From positions 192,001 to 256,000 of the forward strand of contig JAHLVW010000062.1 in the NCBI GenBank assembly GCA_019058275.1: DNA of 64,000 nt, written 5' to 3'. How positions within the stretch are numbered: position 1 is the first letter of the stretch; each line of letters starts with the position of its first letter. Below, piece by piece: positions 42,734 through 54,191 of this stretch. A program made the translations under genes and the position numbers. The DNA comes from Candidatus Heimdallarchaeota archaeon. GTDB taxonomy: Archaea; Asgardarchaeota; Heimdallarchaeia; JABLTI01. The notes below the pieces were generated by a model. It did not search any database. It was not told the origin of the DNA and saw nothing but the letters and a program-made list of their open reading frames with translations.

Positions 42734-44596
42734 TCATGGACTAGGTTTTTTCTTGAAAAGGATAATAACAACAGCTACAGCAAGAATTAATGTTAAAGGA
42801 TAAAGATTGCCATTAATAGATGGAGTAAAATTAGGTATGTCAAAGCCAGCTATTTCCATAAACATTTTAGTTTTCGTTAAGTCATAATCATAGACTATGA
42901 TATCAGGATTGCACCAAATACCCAATTTGAATAAATTGGTGTATTATATATATGGTATTCTCCACTATGCATAATTTTGTTAATTTCTTCGCGATTAATT
43001 GCATGACACATTGCTTTTCTTATTGCTAATCCTTTTGTTAATAATGGATTGCTTGGAGCAGGTTCTCTATTCCCTAAAATACCTCTTTCTTCTCGAATAT
43101 TGAATATTACAAAACTAAATGTATAATGAATATTCTTCTGAATGCTATAGGTTGGATTTTGTTCTAAATCTAATCTCTTTTTTCTATTCCAAAAAATATC
43201 TACGATATCTACATTCCCAGCTTCAAATTCCAAAATAGAAGTCTGTAAATCAGGAATGATTTTAATTCTTAATTGTGACAACCTGCCTGAAAAATCACCA
43301 AAACGTCGTTCCCAATCAAGTGTAGGATCCTTAGTAATTGTAGCATTAAGTCTCCAACAATCAGGTCTTACAGTAAGAATTGTTTCAACACCTTCAATAT
43401 AGCTACTGATATTAAACAATCCTGTACCATAACAATTTTGCGAATATTCATTCCATGCTGGATGTGTGATATCTGGTGTTATGTTATCCACTAGTTGTGA
43501 TTGATTTAAAAAGTGTTCAGGAAACATTCTAATTGCAATTCTTGGAAGATACTTTGCAAATGGTTCATTTTCGGGAGTTAGAGGGTCTTCATCGATATAG
43601 AAGTCTATAGTATGATCATCAATTATAACCATCTCATCTATCCATTCATATAAATGTTGATCATTAGAGACTTCTTGCCAAAAATAAAATGTGAAGTAAA
43701 CATCTTTGGCATCTAGATATTCGTTAGTAAAACTCCAACTAGGTATATCTGCCCATTTTATTCCTTCACGTATCTCAATACGAACATGAATGTCATTTAT
43801 ATGAGTGAAGCTTTTTGCTAAGTGAGGTCAAACTGAAAGATCTGAATCATACCAAATTAGAGGATCCATTATAGCACTGGATATTAAACTTGTTGAACTA
43901 TCATCTTGAAAGAAAGGTGAAAGCTCAGACCATTCAGCTTCTGTTATGACTATTTCTCTTGTGCTTTTTTGTCTTGGATGTTTATTTTCCCATAACATTT
44001 TTCCCAATATTGTAAAAGACCATCAGTGTAATTATAACCTTCTAATTCTGACCATGTTGCTACATATCCATAAGATGTAAATGTTGGAAAAATTGGTAGA
44101 ATATTATCCATGAGATGTTCTTGCCAATCATAGTAATGTTGTATTCTTTCTTCTGAATTTGGTGGCATAATTAGTAAGCCTTGATCCATATACCACTCAT
44201 TCTTACCAGTTCCCAATTCATCGTCCCAATCCATGGAGGTGTCATATCCAAACACATTCATTGAACCGTTTTCATTATAAACACCAGTAAAATCAGGATC
44301 ACCTCCACAACCTGTTAACCCAATATATGTTATGTCAAAGTCTCGGTATGCGATCAATTCACCAACAAATTCTGGCCAATCAGCATACCTAACATTTAAA
44401 TCAATACCAATCTGACTCAATTGTTGATCTATCAAATGGAAATAATCGTATCTTGTAGGTCCACCACTTGCTATAGCATATAAAGTAAAAATGGGGTTAT
44501 AGAATCTCCTTTTGTTGGTTCATTAAAAACTAAAGGTGATGATTTTATAAGAACTGCAAAAATTAAAACGTAAATCCTCCTCATTTTGCCCCTCAT
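42734..44596 (-). pseudogene. Permuted family-5 SBP paralog, disrupted
   Basis: Collinear with 40742..42622; frameshifts near 44490, 44005 and 42925; TGA at 43828-43830 where the paralog has W. Confidence 0.88.
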
Positions 44597-44714
44597 TATA
44601 ACCACTCACAGTAATTAACATTGATTCAAAAAAATAAAAATTTTTCTGTAAAATAAGAGTTTCATTTATCAATCAGAGGATAAAAAATTGGTGTGATTAG
44701 TAATTATCACACTG

Positions 44715-46580
44715 TTAATTTTTCTTTTTAGTGAATTTAGATTTTCTTATGAAGAAGAAAATCACAACAACTATTGAAAAAATAACTGTTAATGAGTAAA
44801 TATTAGTACCAGCTGGAATGGTAAAATCTGGGATATCATAACCTGCAATTTCCATGTAAGTTTTAGCTTTGGTTAAATCATAGTTGTATTTAATGATATC
44901 TGGTTTGCACCATGTGCTTAATGTTGGATGAATCAGCCAATGGTTAATATAAGCATCTCCTCCATAGAAAATTCTGTTTAATTCATTGCGATTTATCGTA
45001 TAGCATATTGCTTTTCTTACAGCTAATCCCTTGGTTATATCAGAATCACCTGGTGCTGGTTCAAAATTATCTAGAATTTCATTATCTTGTAAGTTAAACA
45101 CAATAAATTCAAATGCATTACCCAATTTATTTTGTATAGTAAATGAATTACTTTCTTGATATTTTTGTCTTTTAAAATAATTACTAGAAATGGATATTAG
45201 ATCTATGTTTCCATCTTCAAAAGCTTTTGTTTCTACATTTTCATCTTCAATAATTCTAATTCGAAGTTGGTCTAATCCACCTGAGAAATCACCAAATCGT
45301 TCTACCCAATTAAGTTCTTCATCATTTGTTATATCTGAATCCAACCACCAACTATCTGGCCTAACAGCTAGAACTGTTTCTATATTTGGAGTGAATGAAT
45401 CTATTTCAAATAATCCTGTTCCAAAACAATGTGTAGCAAATGTATTCCATGAGGGATGAAAAATATCTGGTGTAACACCATCTTCCAATTGTGTTTGGTT
45501 TAAGTAGTGTTCAGGAAGTATGGGTAAGTCAAGGTATTGTATTAATGGAGCATAACCTTCCTCGTAATATTCATCTACGTATATTCTCATTGTTATATCA
45601 TCAACAATTTCTGTATCACCTAACCAGCGATAAGGATATAAATCACAGGAAACTCTTCTTAAGACATAAAAGGTGAAATAGCCATCTCTAATATCAAAAT
45701 AATGGTCAACAAACAATCCATCAGGATCTGTTGCCCATTTAATCCCTTCTCTTACTTCAATTTCTACTGTTGTGTCATTAATATATTCAATTCTTTTAGC
45801 AAGATGATTCTCTGCATTCTTGTTGCCATCAAATGTTACAAGTGAATCCATACATAAGGAACTAATAAACATCGATGAGCTATCATCTTGATATAATGGA
45901 TTAAGGTCTGACTAAGCATTATCAGCTATTACTATCTCATTTATGCTTGACTGTCCTGTATGTGAGCCATCCCAAGACATTTTACCCTAAGACCGATGAA
46001 TATCTTCTATATAATTATATCCTTGTAAATTTGACCAATGCGCTTTATAATTATAAGGAATAAAAGTAGGTAGCATTGGACATAGATTATCCATTAAATG
46101 TTGTTCCCAATTCCAATAATGTTGTATTCGTTCTTCGGAATTGTCCGGTAAGATTTTAGAACCCTCAGATAGGTACCACTCATTTAAACCAGTTTTAATA
46201 TCATCATTCCAATCCATACTAGTATTAAAAGCAGAAGACGTTCAATGAACCATTTTCACTATAAATACCTCTATAATCATTAGGATCAATGTCACTACCC
46301 GAAATACCAACATAGGTCATATCATAACTATGATGTTTAATAAGCTCAAAAACCATCGTTGACCAGCTAACTATATTTATGTCTAAATCAATACCAATTA
46401 GGTTTAGTTGTTGATCAATTATATTGAAATAATCAGCTCTTTCACCTTCATTTATTATTACTTTTAGAGTAAAGAATGGAGATGAGGTATCTCCTCTAAT
46501 GGGGTATATTGTGTAAAAGCTGATGAAATAAATAAGACTATGATTAAGCAATTTATGACCCTATACATTTTACCTCTCAA
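44715..46580 (-). pseudogene. Permuted family-5 SBP paralog, disrupted
   Basis: TAG at 45912-45914 and 45987-45989 where paralogs have W; frameshifts near 46228 and 46550. Confidence 0.88.
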
Positions 46581-46679
46581 GAAAATTCACCAAATAATAT
46601 AGATTCTTTTATAATAAATAATTTCTTATAAATATTAACATAATAAATTTGAAATAAAAAACAAAAGGGTAGTATTTAC

Positions 46680-47639
46680 CTACCACTCAGAATTATTTGT
46701 AACTAAATTTGCTTTTTTCTCTGCAACACTGATGGTGGCAATTGTACCTGAATTAAATTCAAGAAAATCAGACTGAATTCCATCATTAAAAATTACACCA
46801 TTTTCTGACATATGTGATTCGATGGTTAAGTCAATATCTGAATAAATGGTATCAAAGATAATACTAGCAGAAGATATTTTGCTAACAAAAGGTTCTCTAA
46901 CAGAGAAATAAATGTAATTAGCATCCCATGGAAATCGATATTCATCCTCTGTAGCTTGATCAATTTGTACACTATATTTTCTGAATTTATAAACTATACC
47001 AATTGCACCTGTAATTACTGAGCGAAACCAAGCAGTAGATCCAGCTCCTGTTGAAACGATAATTCCACTGGAGCTTTGACGTTCAGTAAAATTGTTAAAA
47101 GTTATTGTGTATCTTGCAGAACCATGTGATTTGTGACCAATAAATAAGTCATTTACTCCATATAATTGCTGTCCATTGTTTAATTTAGCAACAGCCATTG
47201 TCACTTTAATTGAATTAAATTCTCCATCAGCTACCTTTTGTAGTATTTTGGGAAATTGTTCAACAGAAAATGGAATCATTATTCCATCAAATCTTTTTGG
47301 ATCAGGATTTACAGCGATAATTAGTTGATTCTCGAGATACTTTGCAGTGTTAATAACTAATCTGTCTTGTCCTATACATACAATAAGATTATTTGGACCA
47401 AAGAGGAAATTAGGTAGAAAGGATTTCTCAATGATTTGAAATTTATACTCCAGAGGTATTGATTTCTTAAGTTTCTCAAGCGACAAATAGTATTGCTTAT
47501 GAGCATCTTCATATTCTTCAAAGGATCCGCCCATATGCTCTATGTAAAATTTTGCTTGTGATTTTGTATTAAATCGTTCAATTAATCCTTCTAACCACGT
47601 TTTCATGGTTACAACGACAATCTTATCAATCTTAGTCAT
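46680..47639 (-). CDS. NAD kinase-like (ATP-NAD/sugar kinase) protein
   Basis: GQD-x-LVINTAKY, NDLFIG, QSSSGIIVSTGAGSTAW. Confidence 0.8.
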   Translation of the reverse strand: MTKIDKIVVVTMKTWLEGLIERFNTKSQAKFYIEHMGGSFEEYEDAHKQYYLSLEKLKKSIPLEYKFQIIEKSFLPNFLFGPNNLIVCIGQDRLVINTAKYLENQLIIAVNPDPKRFDGIMIPFSVEQFPKILQKVADGEFNSIKVTMAVAKLNNGQQLYGVNDLFIGHKSHGSARYTITFNNFTERQSSSGIIVSTGAGSTAWFRSVITGAIGIVYKFRKYSVQIDQATEDEYRFPWDANYIYFSVREPFVSKISSASIIFDTIYSDIDLTIESHMSENGVIFNDGIQSDFLEFNSGTIATISVAEKKANLVTNNSEW

Positions 47640-47653
47640 CTCGATGACCTGTG

Positions 47654-48517
47654 TTACTTTTTAGTTCCCTTTAATATCGAGGCCAAGATTTCTGGAGTAA
47701 TAGTAAGTGTATCTATTTTATCTGCATTTTCACCTATTTCTTTGAGTGCCAAAGCTAATAATGTATCTGGTACTAATTTCTTGTATGCTGCTAATTCGGT
47801 TTCATTTGCTTTTGCTCGGAATTCTGCTTCTTTGAAGATGTTTTCACCTTCAAGAGCTACAAATTGTTTTCTCTTCTTTTCTAGAGCTATTTGGGAATTT
47901 AATTCATTTTCTTTTATTTTACTCTCTTGTTCAACTGCTGCTGCTCTTCGCTCAAATATAGCTTTGTCAGCTTTCATTTGTAAATTCTCACGATATTCAG
48001 CTTCTAAAGCTCTCGCAAGTTCAGGTGTTGGACGAATTGAAAGAAAAGTTACAGATAGAATATCTATGCCCATTTCTTTTATTATATTGCTACCTTCAAC
48101 AGATTCCATTATTTTACTGGCAAGCATTTCAGAAGAAACAAGTGCTTGTTCAAGCTCCATCTTCTCTATTTCACTTCTTGTTCTGACTTGAAAGACATTT
48201 TTAATTCTCATTTCAAGCTTCTCTGGATCTTCTGTCAGATATTGTTTTGATCTAGGATGAATCTGGAAATCAAGAATTGTTGCCATTCTTTTTGGGTCTT
48301 TAATTTTATACATAAAATGACCTTGTAGAGTAATTGCTTGGTTGTTCTTAGTTATCTCATTGAATACAAAATTAGAGTCAATAGTCATAGCAGGAATAGT
48401 TGCTATACTTGTATTGATTCTCCAATAGAAAAAGCTTAAACCATGACCTGATCGTCTTCTTTTTCCATTAACGAACTTGATAATAAATTTTGATGGATCA
48501 TCTTTAAAATAAGCCAA
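47654..48517 (-). CDS. SPFH/band 7 domain protein
   Basis: GHGLSFFYW, ALEAEYRE...AD-x-AIFERRAAAVEQE coiled coil. Confidence 0.8.
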   Translation of the reverse strand: MAYFKDDPSKFIIKFVNGKRRRSGHGLSFFYWRINTSIATIPAMTIDSNFVFNEITKNNQAITLQGHFMYKIKDPKRMATILDFQIHPRSKQYLTEDPEKLEMRIKNVFQVRTRSEIEKMELEQALVSSEMLASKIMESVEGSNIIKEMGIDILSVTFLSIRPTPELARALEAEYRENLQMKADKAIFERRAAAVEQESKIKENELNSQIALEKKRKQFVALEGENIFKEAEFRAKANETELAAYKKLVPDTLLALALKEIGENADKIDTLTITPEILASILKGTKK

Positions 48518-48834
48518 TTTAATTCAGCGATGATAAAGCTATTTTTTGAATAAATATTGATTTTCATACTTTTCTTTTAACTTTTCACATGATAACTTAT
48601 ACTAATTCATCAATTTGCTTTTTATCAAGCAATTATTTCTTTTAGCTGTTTTTTTTTGTCGGATTTTGCTACCAACTATAGATATTTATATGATTGCAAG
48701 AGAGAGGATTTTAGACTATTTTATACTGAGGGAATAGTTGTATTTGGAAGACGCAAATATTCCCAATTCAAGATAAAAAAGGTTGAGATTAAGGTAGGAA
48801 TTATTATAGCACAATTTATAGGGTAGTGTGATTT

Positions 48835-49566
48835 ATGACACAAAACACCAGTAGTATATCAAGATTAATTCGTTTTACAGAGGACAAAATTGTTTGCACT
48901 GGTGGTGTTGTTTTCATAGGAGACGGAAACACAGGTAAAACTCACACAGCTTTTAGTATTACTAATTATCAAGGAAAAGCCTTTTACAACCTTGATGATG
49001 ACACTTTAAAGAAATCCGTTAATCTTGAATGGGATTATTTTATCTTTCAATCAAACATTGAAGAGTATTTAATCAGAACCAGCTCACAAATATTTATTAT
49101 GCCTGGACAAAAAGGTAGAGCCAAACCTGGTGAAGGTTTAGCTTTTGAAGATGCAGCTGACCTTTATTTTCATGTAGCTCCAATAAAAATAGTTGTTGTA
49201 TTAATTTTAACTTATGATCTTTCTGACATCAAGACATTTCAAGAATTAGAATATTGGTTAGATAGAGCAATTGAAAGAGATATGATTCAAACTCATACTA
49301 GCATAATAATTCTAGGAACACATTTAGATGAATCTGATAATATTATGGTTTCAGATGACTATATTGATGATGCTAAAGACTTTGTTAAATCACTTATTTT
49401 TGCTAGAATAGGAATGGTTCTAGATTCAAATAAAATTCATTCTGTGAAAGTTTCCAATATTACTGGAGAAGGTATTGCAGATTTAAAGGACGCTATAAAC
49501 ATATCATTTCTAACTGCTTTCAACTTGTTTGGTTTCGTTAGTAATAAGAAAGAGATTTCATTTTAG
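48835..49566 (+). CDS. Divergent Ras/Rab-like small GTPase
   Basis: VVFIGDGNTGKT (G1), MPGQ (altered G3), LTYDLSDIKTF, GTHLD (altered G4), VSNITGEGI (G5). Confidence 0.8.
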   Translation: MTQNTSSISRLIRFTEDKIVCTGGVVFIGDGNTGKTHTAFSITNYQGKAFYNLDDDTLKKSVNLEWDYFIFQSNIEEYLIRTSSQIFIMPGQKGRAKPGEGLAFEDAADLYFHVAPIKIVVVLILTYDLSDIKTFQELEYWLDRAIERDMIQTHTSIIILGTHLDESDNIMVSDDYIDDAKDFVKSLIFARIGMVLDSNKIHSVKVSNITGEGIADLKDAINISFLTAFNLFGFVSNKKEISF

Positions 49567-49775
49567 AATTTGTGTTTTAATATGCAAATTTACTATTATT
49601 CAGTTTTTTACCCAATTATAAAAACTTAAAAGATTGTTTTAGTAATCAATAAACTAGAATCCGAAAAAGAATCATTGAATTAGATGAATTCTTTGCTTAA
49701 TTCTAAAGAATTAGATTTGTAATTATTGACAAAAACAAATAAGATGTTAAAAATGAAATTAAGACGGGGTCCCAA

Positions 49776-52700
49776 ATGTTGAGAAAACAATCAAAGATTT
49801 ATTGTCTATTTTTGCTAATTTTATTTATCAATTCATTAATTTATTATTCAGAAATAAAAGGAGAAGAACCTTCTGTTAACAAAAAAGATGATTTAGAATC
49901 AGCTTCTCTTACATCAACTAACGCTGAGAATATTCCCAATCTTCCTGGAATTGTAGATTCTATTAACACAAGTGGAAGTTTCAAATTAAGAGCATTCTTC
50001 ACCCAAGATAATTTTGTTGATATAGATGAAAATGGATATGTTTACGAATGGGAGGACTATAATGATGTTCGATATAATGGTGAAGATAGTATTTATGCAA
50101 AATTCCGACAATATACTGGTTCCTCTGATCCAGATATATTTTGGCCCCCTGTTGATACATATCAACAATTACGTAGTGAAAGTTTAATTAATGGTGAACA
50201 TATTAACTCAACAGTTTTTAGTCCTGTTTTTAATTTTAATACCAAAATTCAAGGGAAAATCTTCTTCTTAGTCCATGGAGATGTTTGGCCTAGCTTTACT
50301 GCTAATTGGATATTGAAAATCACTTTAGATCTTTTTAACTCAACAGATAAAACTACAATATATGTAACTTCAACAGAGAATCATTTTGATGATACTCCAA
50401 ATCAAGGCACTACTTTTGAAGCAAATATAGCTAAAGCAGTTACAATCCCAGCTGGTTTCAGATTGAGGTTAACCTATGAAGTCATGAGAGATAGTGGTAC
50501 TCCTGAGGGTAACGTCGAAATAAGAACTGGTGAAGTTAATTTGGGATCAAATTTACCTTGGATTGTTAACGATATAAATAATACTTATGATAAAACATAT
50601 GCATTACACAATTTTCGCTCTACATTAGGTATACAGCTCTTAATGTATGAAGAAAGTTTTCCAACAATTGATTTAACAGGATTTACAAATAACACCATTT
50701 ATTCTGATTCTACTAATGCGACAATAACTGTTTCTGATTCCATACTAAACAATTACAAATGGGATAGTGATAGTTTTGCTGAATTCACATCACCATATAT
50801 TGTATCTTTACCAGAGACACAAGGTTGGCATACATTGACAATTAAAGCGGAGGATTATTATGTCAATATTATAGAGGATAGTTTTATTGTAGGTTATGAT
50901 TCATCACCTACAACTGTTATTTTAGAAAGTCCTGCAAACAATTCTCTGGTTACAGATGGACAAACATTAAACTTCTCAGTTTATGGAGTTACAGAAAATC
51001 CATATTATGAATGGGATAAAATTGCTCCGCAATATACTCTTCTTGGACCAGCTTATGATATTTATTTATCAACAGATTTTAATGATCTGCACAATTTAAC
51101 TATTTATGCTACAACAGATTTTGGTTTAGAAAAGTTCGTTTATTTCTTTGAATTTGATAATTCTGTTCCTGTAATTTCACTAAAAAATGTAGTTAACGAT
51201 ACAGATCAACCACCTTTCAAGAATATTGATGTTGAAATAACTGATAGAAGTGACCTAGAGATATTATATAAATGGGATGATGAAAATAGTAACTCTACTT
51301 GGGCTCCAATTGAAGGAGATACTTATAGAACTTATTTACCAGCTTCAGATGAGTATCATTTTCTATATATTTACGCTGAAGATAGTTTCAATCTTTCAAG
51401 TAAAGCTGTTTACAGATTTAATACAAGTGCCTTTACACTTTTGGTTGATTTAAAGACAATGGTGAATGGTTCATATTATTTTGGCAACGATATTGTTGAA
51501 GTCACTATCGTTAATTATAATTTAACATGCAAATATAAATGGGGAAATAATCCTTTGAGTATCGGTACTGTTATTGATAATACATTGAATTTAAGTGGAG
51601 GAGATGCTTTATCACAAAATCCTGGAACATATTGGTTAACAATAATTGTTTACGACCTACAACATTTACAATGCGAATTTGTTTTCAAATTTATAGTGGA
51701 TCGAGAAAAACCTACAATCATACAAGACCCAACAGATCCATATAATGATTTGAGATTCTTGCAAGCAACAACTCTTAGATTTACAATTGCAGATAACTGG
51801 ACAATTGCAGATCAAATAGAAATCTATCTATCTTTAGATAATGCAGCAAATGTTACTTATTCTGCAATAATTAACTACTATTTAGGTTCTGTTGAAGAAG
51901 GCTTGCATAATTTGACAATAATAGCTATTGATATAGCAGGTAATTCATACAAGTATTTCATTACTTTCACGATAGATATATCGAGTCCTGGAGTATCAGT
52001 AACTATTGACAAGTTAGCTACTTTATTAGATGGTAGCAGATATGTACCTGCTGATACAACAGTTACAGTTGTTTTAACAGATGATGATCTTACAATCAAT
52101 AGTTACTATAGCTGGAATTCTAATGATTATCTTTCATTCACAGATAATTTCACTTTACCTTCTACTGAAGGTTTTGCTGCTTTGATAATCAAAGCAAATG
52201 ATAGTTTAGGAAATTATAGAACTAGAACATACTGGTTAATAATAGATAACACTTCACCTTATATTACTCTAAAATTCATTAATAATGAATCAAAAATTAA
52301 TCTTGAAACAGCTTTAAGGTTTAATATTGAAGATTTATCCAACAATACAGTAGATCTCATAACAACCGAATGGAATCTAGATGCTGGTCCAAGCATAAAA
52401 GATGAAACTGACTTTACAGTTTATCTAATAGGATTATATCTAACACACACAGAAGCTAATTTAACAATTTACTCGCGTGATGTTGTAGGTAATGAACGAA
52501 CTCACGTTTATCTGTTTTATTTAGATTTTACAGCTCCTGTTTATGAATTAGTTGGATTAACAAACAATTCTTATGTCAGGGGAAATTCAACAATTGATTT
52601 CAATGTCATATCAAATGACTTATCATCATTCTATTATAGTTGGGACAACAATCCTGATTTAACTTCATTAAATGACCCTTGGGATTTACTTGTTCCTCTA

Positions 52701-54098
52701 GATGATGGAGTGCATAAACTATACATTTTCCTTGAAGATGATACTGGTGGTGGTTTGTTTACTAACTCAATCGAAGCTAACTATGTCTTTATTGTTGATG
52801 ATTTATCATTTGACTATATTACACCAAATGATTTCACTGATAATTACAACTATACTATGTTTTATGGTGAGAATTTCACTATTACAGTCAATATTACAGA
52901 TAGATGGGCAAATGATGAAATTGAAAATGTGTCATTTGCTGTAATTAAGGAAGATGCTTTATTGAATCTATCAGTAGACGTTAGAAATATCACAAATACT
53001 GAATATCTCATTACAATATTTGGAACTAATGTTACTAATGATCAACTAACTAGTATCGAAGTACGTTTCTGGCAAACAATAGGGAATAACCATTCTGTTT
53101 CTGTAAATCTAAGGGTAGACAAACTTAATGGTTATATTGTTATCCTGAGTACAAGTGAAACGATTATTTTTGGTGAGAATTTCACTTTGACTCTTCAATT
53201 ATTTGATAATCTTAATGATAGCTCACAAGAAATTCTTTACATAAGTGTTGATGGTAATGATCAAGACATATTCTATACTTGCATTGACGAAGCAAACCAA
53301 ATTTACCAAATTACCTTTAACACAAGATTCTTTGTAGAAGAGGAAGGAGAGCATTCATTCACCGTTCATATTGAAGCTAATTTCTATAGTAGCACTATTA
53401 ATAGTGATGTCCTTCAGGTTATAGTTCCATCTGGATTATCTTTACAATGGATAATCATTATAATTGCCTTAGCAGTTCTGTTTTCATTGGTCATGGGTTT
53501 TGTTATTTATAGAGTTGTTAGAGCAAGACCATTTGAAGAACTTATGAGCAAAGTCTCTGAAGAAGACATCAAAGCAAACATGGAAACAATGTCACCTGGT
53601 GTAATATTATCTATTTTTGACCAGAAGAAAGGACCAATTCCTCTAGTAGGAGATCATGCTCTTGATTCAGCTTTATACAATCATAGAATGCGTATAGGTG
53701 TTGAAAACTTCTTGCTTAAAATTTCAGATCAAGCTTATTCATCATTAGGATTTGAAGAACATGATGAAAGACGAAGAACTGGGTCTATTAATCTTCCTAA
53801 TGAAGATATGGTTGCTTTCATTCATGGTATTCAGCTAGCTAATCCTGCTATGCGAGGTGGATTCGAGAATCTTTCTCTAATTGTTCTTGCTGATAAAGAA
53901 GTTGGTGGTTTCCTCCTAGCGAACCAAGAATTCTTATTCCTTGAAATTGACGAATTAAAAGCTGCTCTGCAAGATAAGAAGGCTTTACCAGAAATAGAAA
54001 CTTTACTAACTAAAATACGAGAGCGTTCTCTAATCATAATGATTGCAGTACAAAAGAATGCTAAAAAAGATAAAAATAGCAAAGAAGAATACCAATAA
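49776..54098 (+). CDS. 1440-aa single-pass membrane protein: Ig-like ectodomain repeats, TM, cytoplasmic uDENN/longin-like domain
   Basis: Signal peptide; repeated YxWD...GxHxLxIxAxD...DxxxP units; TM ~53448-53510; VILSIFDQKKGP, RGGFENLSLIVL. Confidence 0.75.
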   Translation: MLRKQSKIYCLFLLILFINSLIYYSEIKGEEPSVNKKDDLESASLTSTNAENIPNLPGIVDSINTSGSFKLRAFFTQDNFVDIDENGYVYEWEDYNDVRYNGEDSIYAKFRQYTGSSDPDIFWPPVDTYQQLRSESLINGEHINSTVFSPVFNFNTKIQGKIFFLVHGDVWPSFTANWILKITLDLFNSTDKTTIYVTSTENHFDDTPNQGTTFEANIAKAVTIPAGFRLRLTYEVMRDSGTPEGNVEIRTGEVNLGSNLPWIVNDINNTYDKTYALHNFRSTLGIQLLMYEESFPTIDLTGFTNNTIYSDSTNATITVSDSILNNYKWDSDSFAEFTSPYIVSLPETQGWHTLTIKAEDYYVNIIEDSFIVGYDSSPTTVILESPANNSLVTDGQTLNFSVYGVTENPYYEWDKIAPQYTLLGPAYDIYLSTDFNDLHNLTIYATTDFGLEKFVYFFEFDNSVPVISLKNVVNDTDQPPFKNIDVEITDRSDLEILYKWDDENSNSTWAPIEGDTYRTYLPASDEYHFLYIYAEDSFNLSSKAVYRFNTSAFTLLVDLKTMVNGSYYFGNDIVEVTIVNYNLTCKYKWGNNPLSIGTVIDNTLNLSGGDALSQNPGTYWLTIIVYDLQHLQCEFVFKFIVDREKPTIIQDPTDPYNDLRFLQATTLRFTIADNWTIADQIEIYLSLDNAANVTYSAIINYYLGSVEEGLHNLTIIAIDIAGNSYKYFITFTIDISSPGVSVTIDKLATLLDGSRYVPADTTVTVVLTDDDLTINSYYSWNSNDYLSFTDNFTLPSTEGFAALIIKANDSLGNYRTRTYWLIIDNTSPYITLKFINNESKINLETALRFNIEDLSNNTVDLITTEWNLDAGPSIKDETDFTVYLIGLYLTHTEANLTIYSRDVVGNERTHVYLFYLDFTAPVYELVGLTNNSYVRGNSTIDFNVISNDLSSFYYSWDNNPDLTSLNDPWDLLVPLDDGVHKLYIFLEDDTGGGLFTNSIEANYVFIVDDLSFDYITPNDFTDNYNYTMFYGENFTITVNITDRWANDEIENVSFAVIKEDALLNLSVDVRNITNTEYLITIFGTNVTNDQLTSIEVRFWQTIGNNHSVSVNLRVDKLNGYIVILSTSETIIFGENFTLTLQLFDNLNDSSQEILYISVDGNDQDIFYTCIDEANQIYQITFNTRFFVEEEGEHSFTVHIEANFYSSTINSDVLQVIVPSGLSLQWIIIIIALAVLFSLVMGFVIYRVVRARPFEELMSKVSEEDIKANMETMSPGVILSIFDQKKGPIPLVGDHALDSALYNHRMRIGVENFLLKISDQAYSSLGFEEHDERRRTGSINLPNEDMVAFIHGIQLANPAMRGGFENLSLIVLADKEVGGFLLANQEFLFLEIDELKAALQDKKALPEIETLLTKIRERSLIIMIAVQKNAKKDKNSKEEYQ

Positions 54099-54191
54099 AT
54101 CATTCTGTTGCATAAACAGTAATATTGATATGATAACGATAAGCTTTAATGCCTTGATGCAAACCAAATGTAAACATTCCAGTGATGATAT

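Noticed and set aside
44691-44712. gtgtgat-N8-atcacac as a CRP-like site
   Set aside because: The spacing does not match TGTGA-N6-TCACA. It sits 2 bp after a stop codon and is more simply a terminator-like hairpin.
613-45989. Stop-codon reassignment or Sec/Pyl read-through as the explanation for the in-frame stops
   Set aside because: All three stop types occur internally and all three terminate intact genes. The same genes also carry frameshifts, and paralogs show Trp at both TAG and TGA sites, which fits point mutation.
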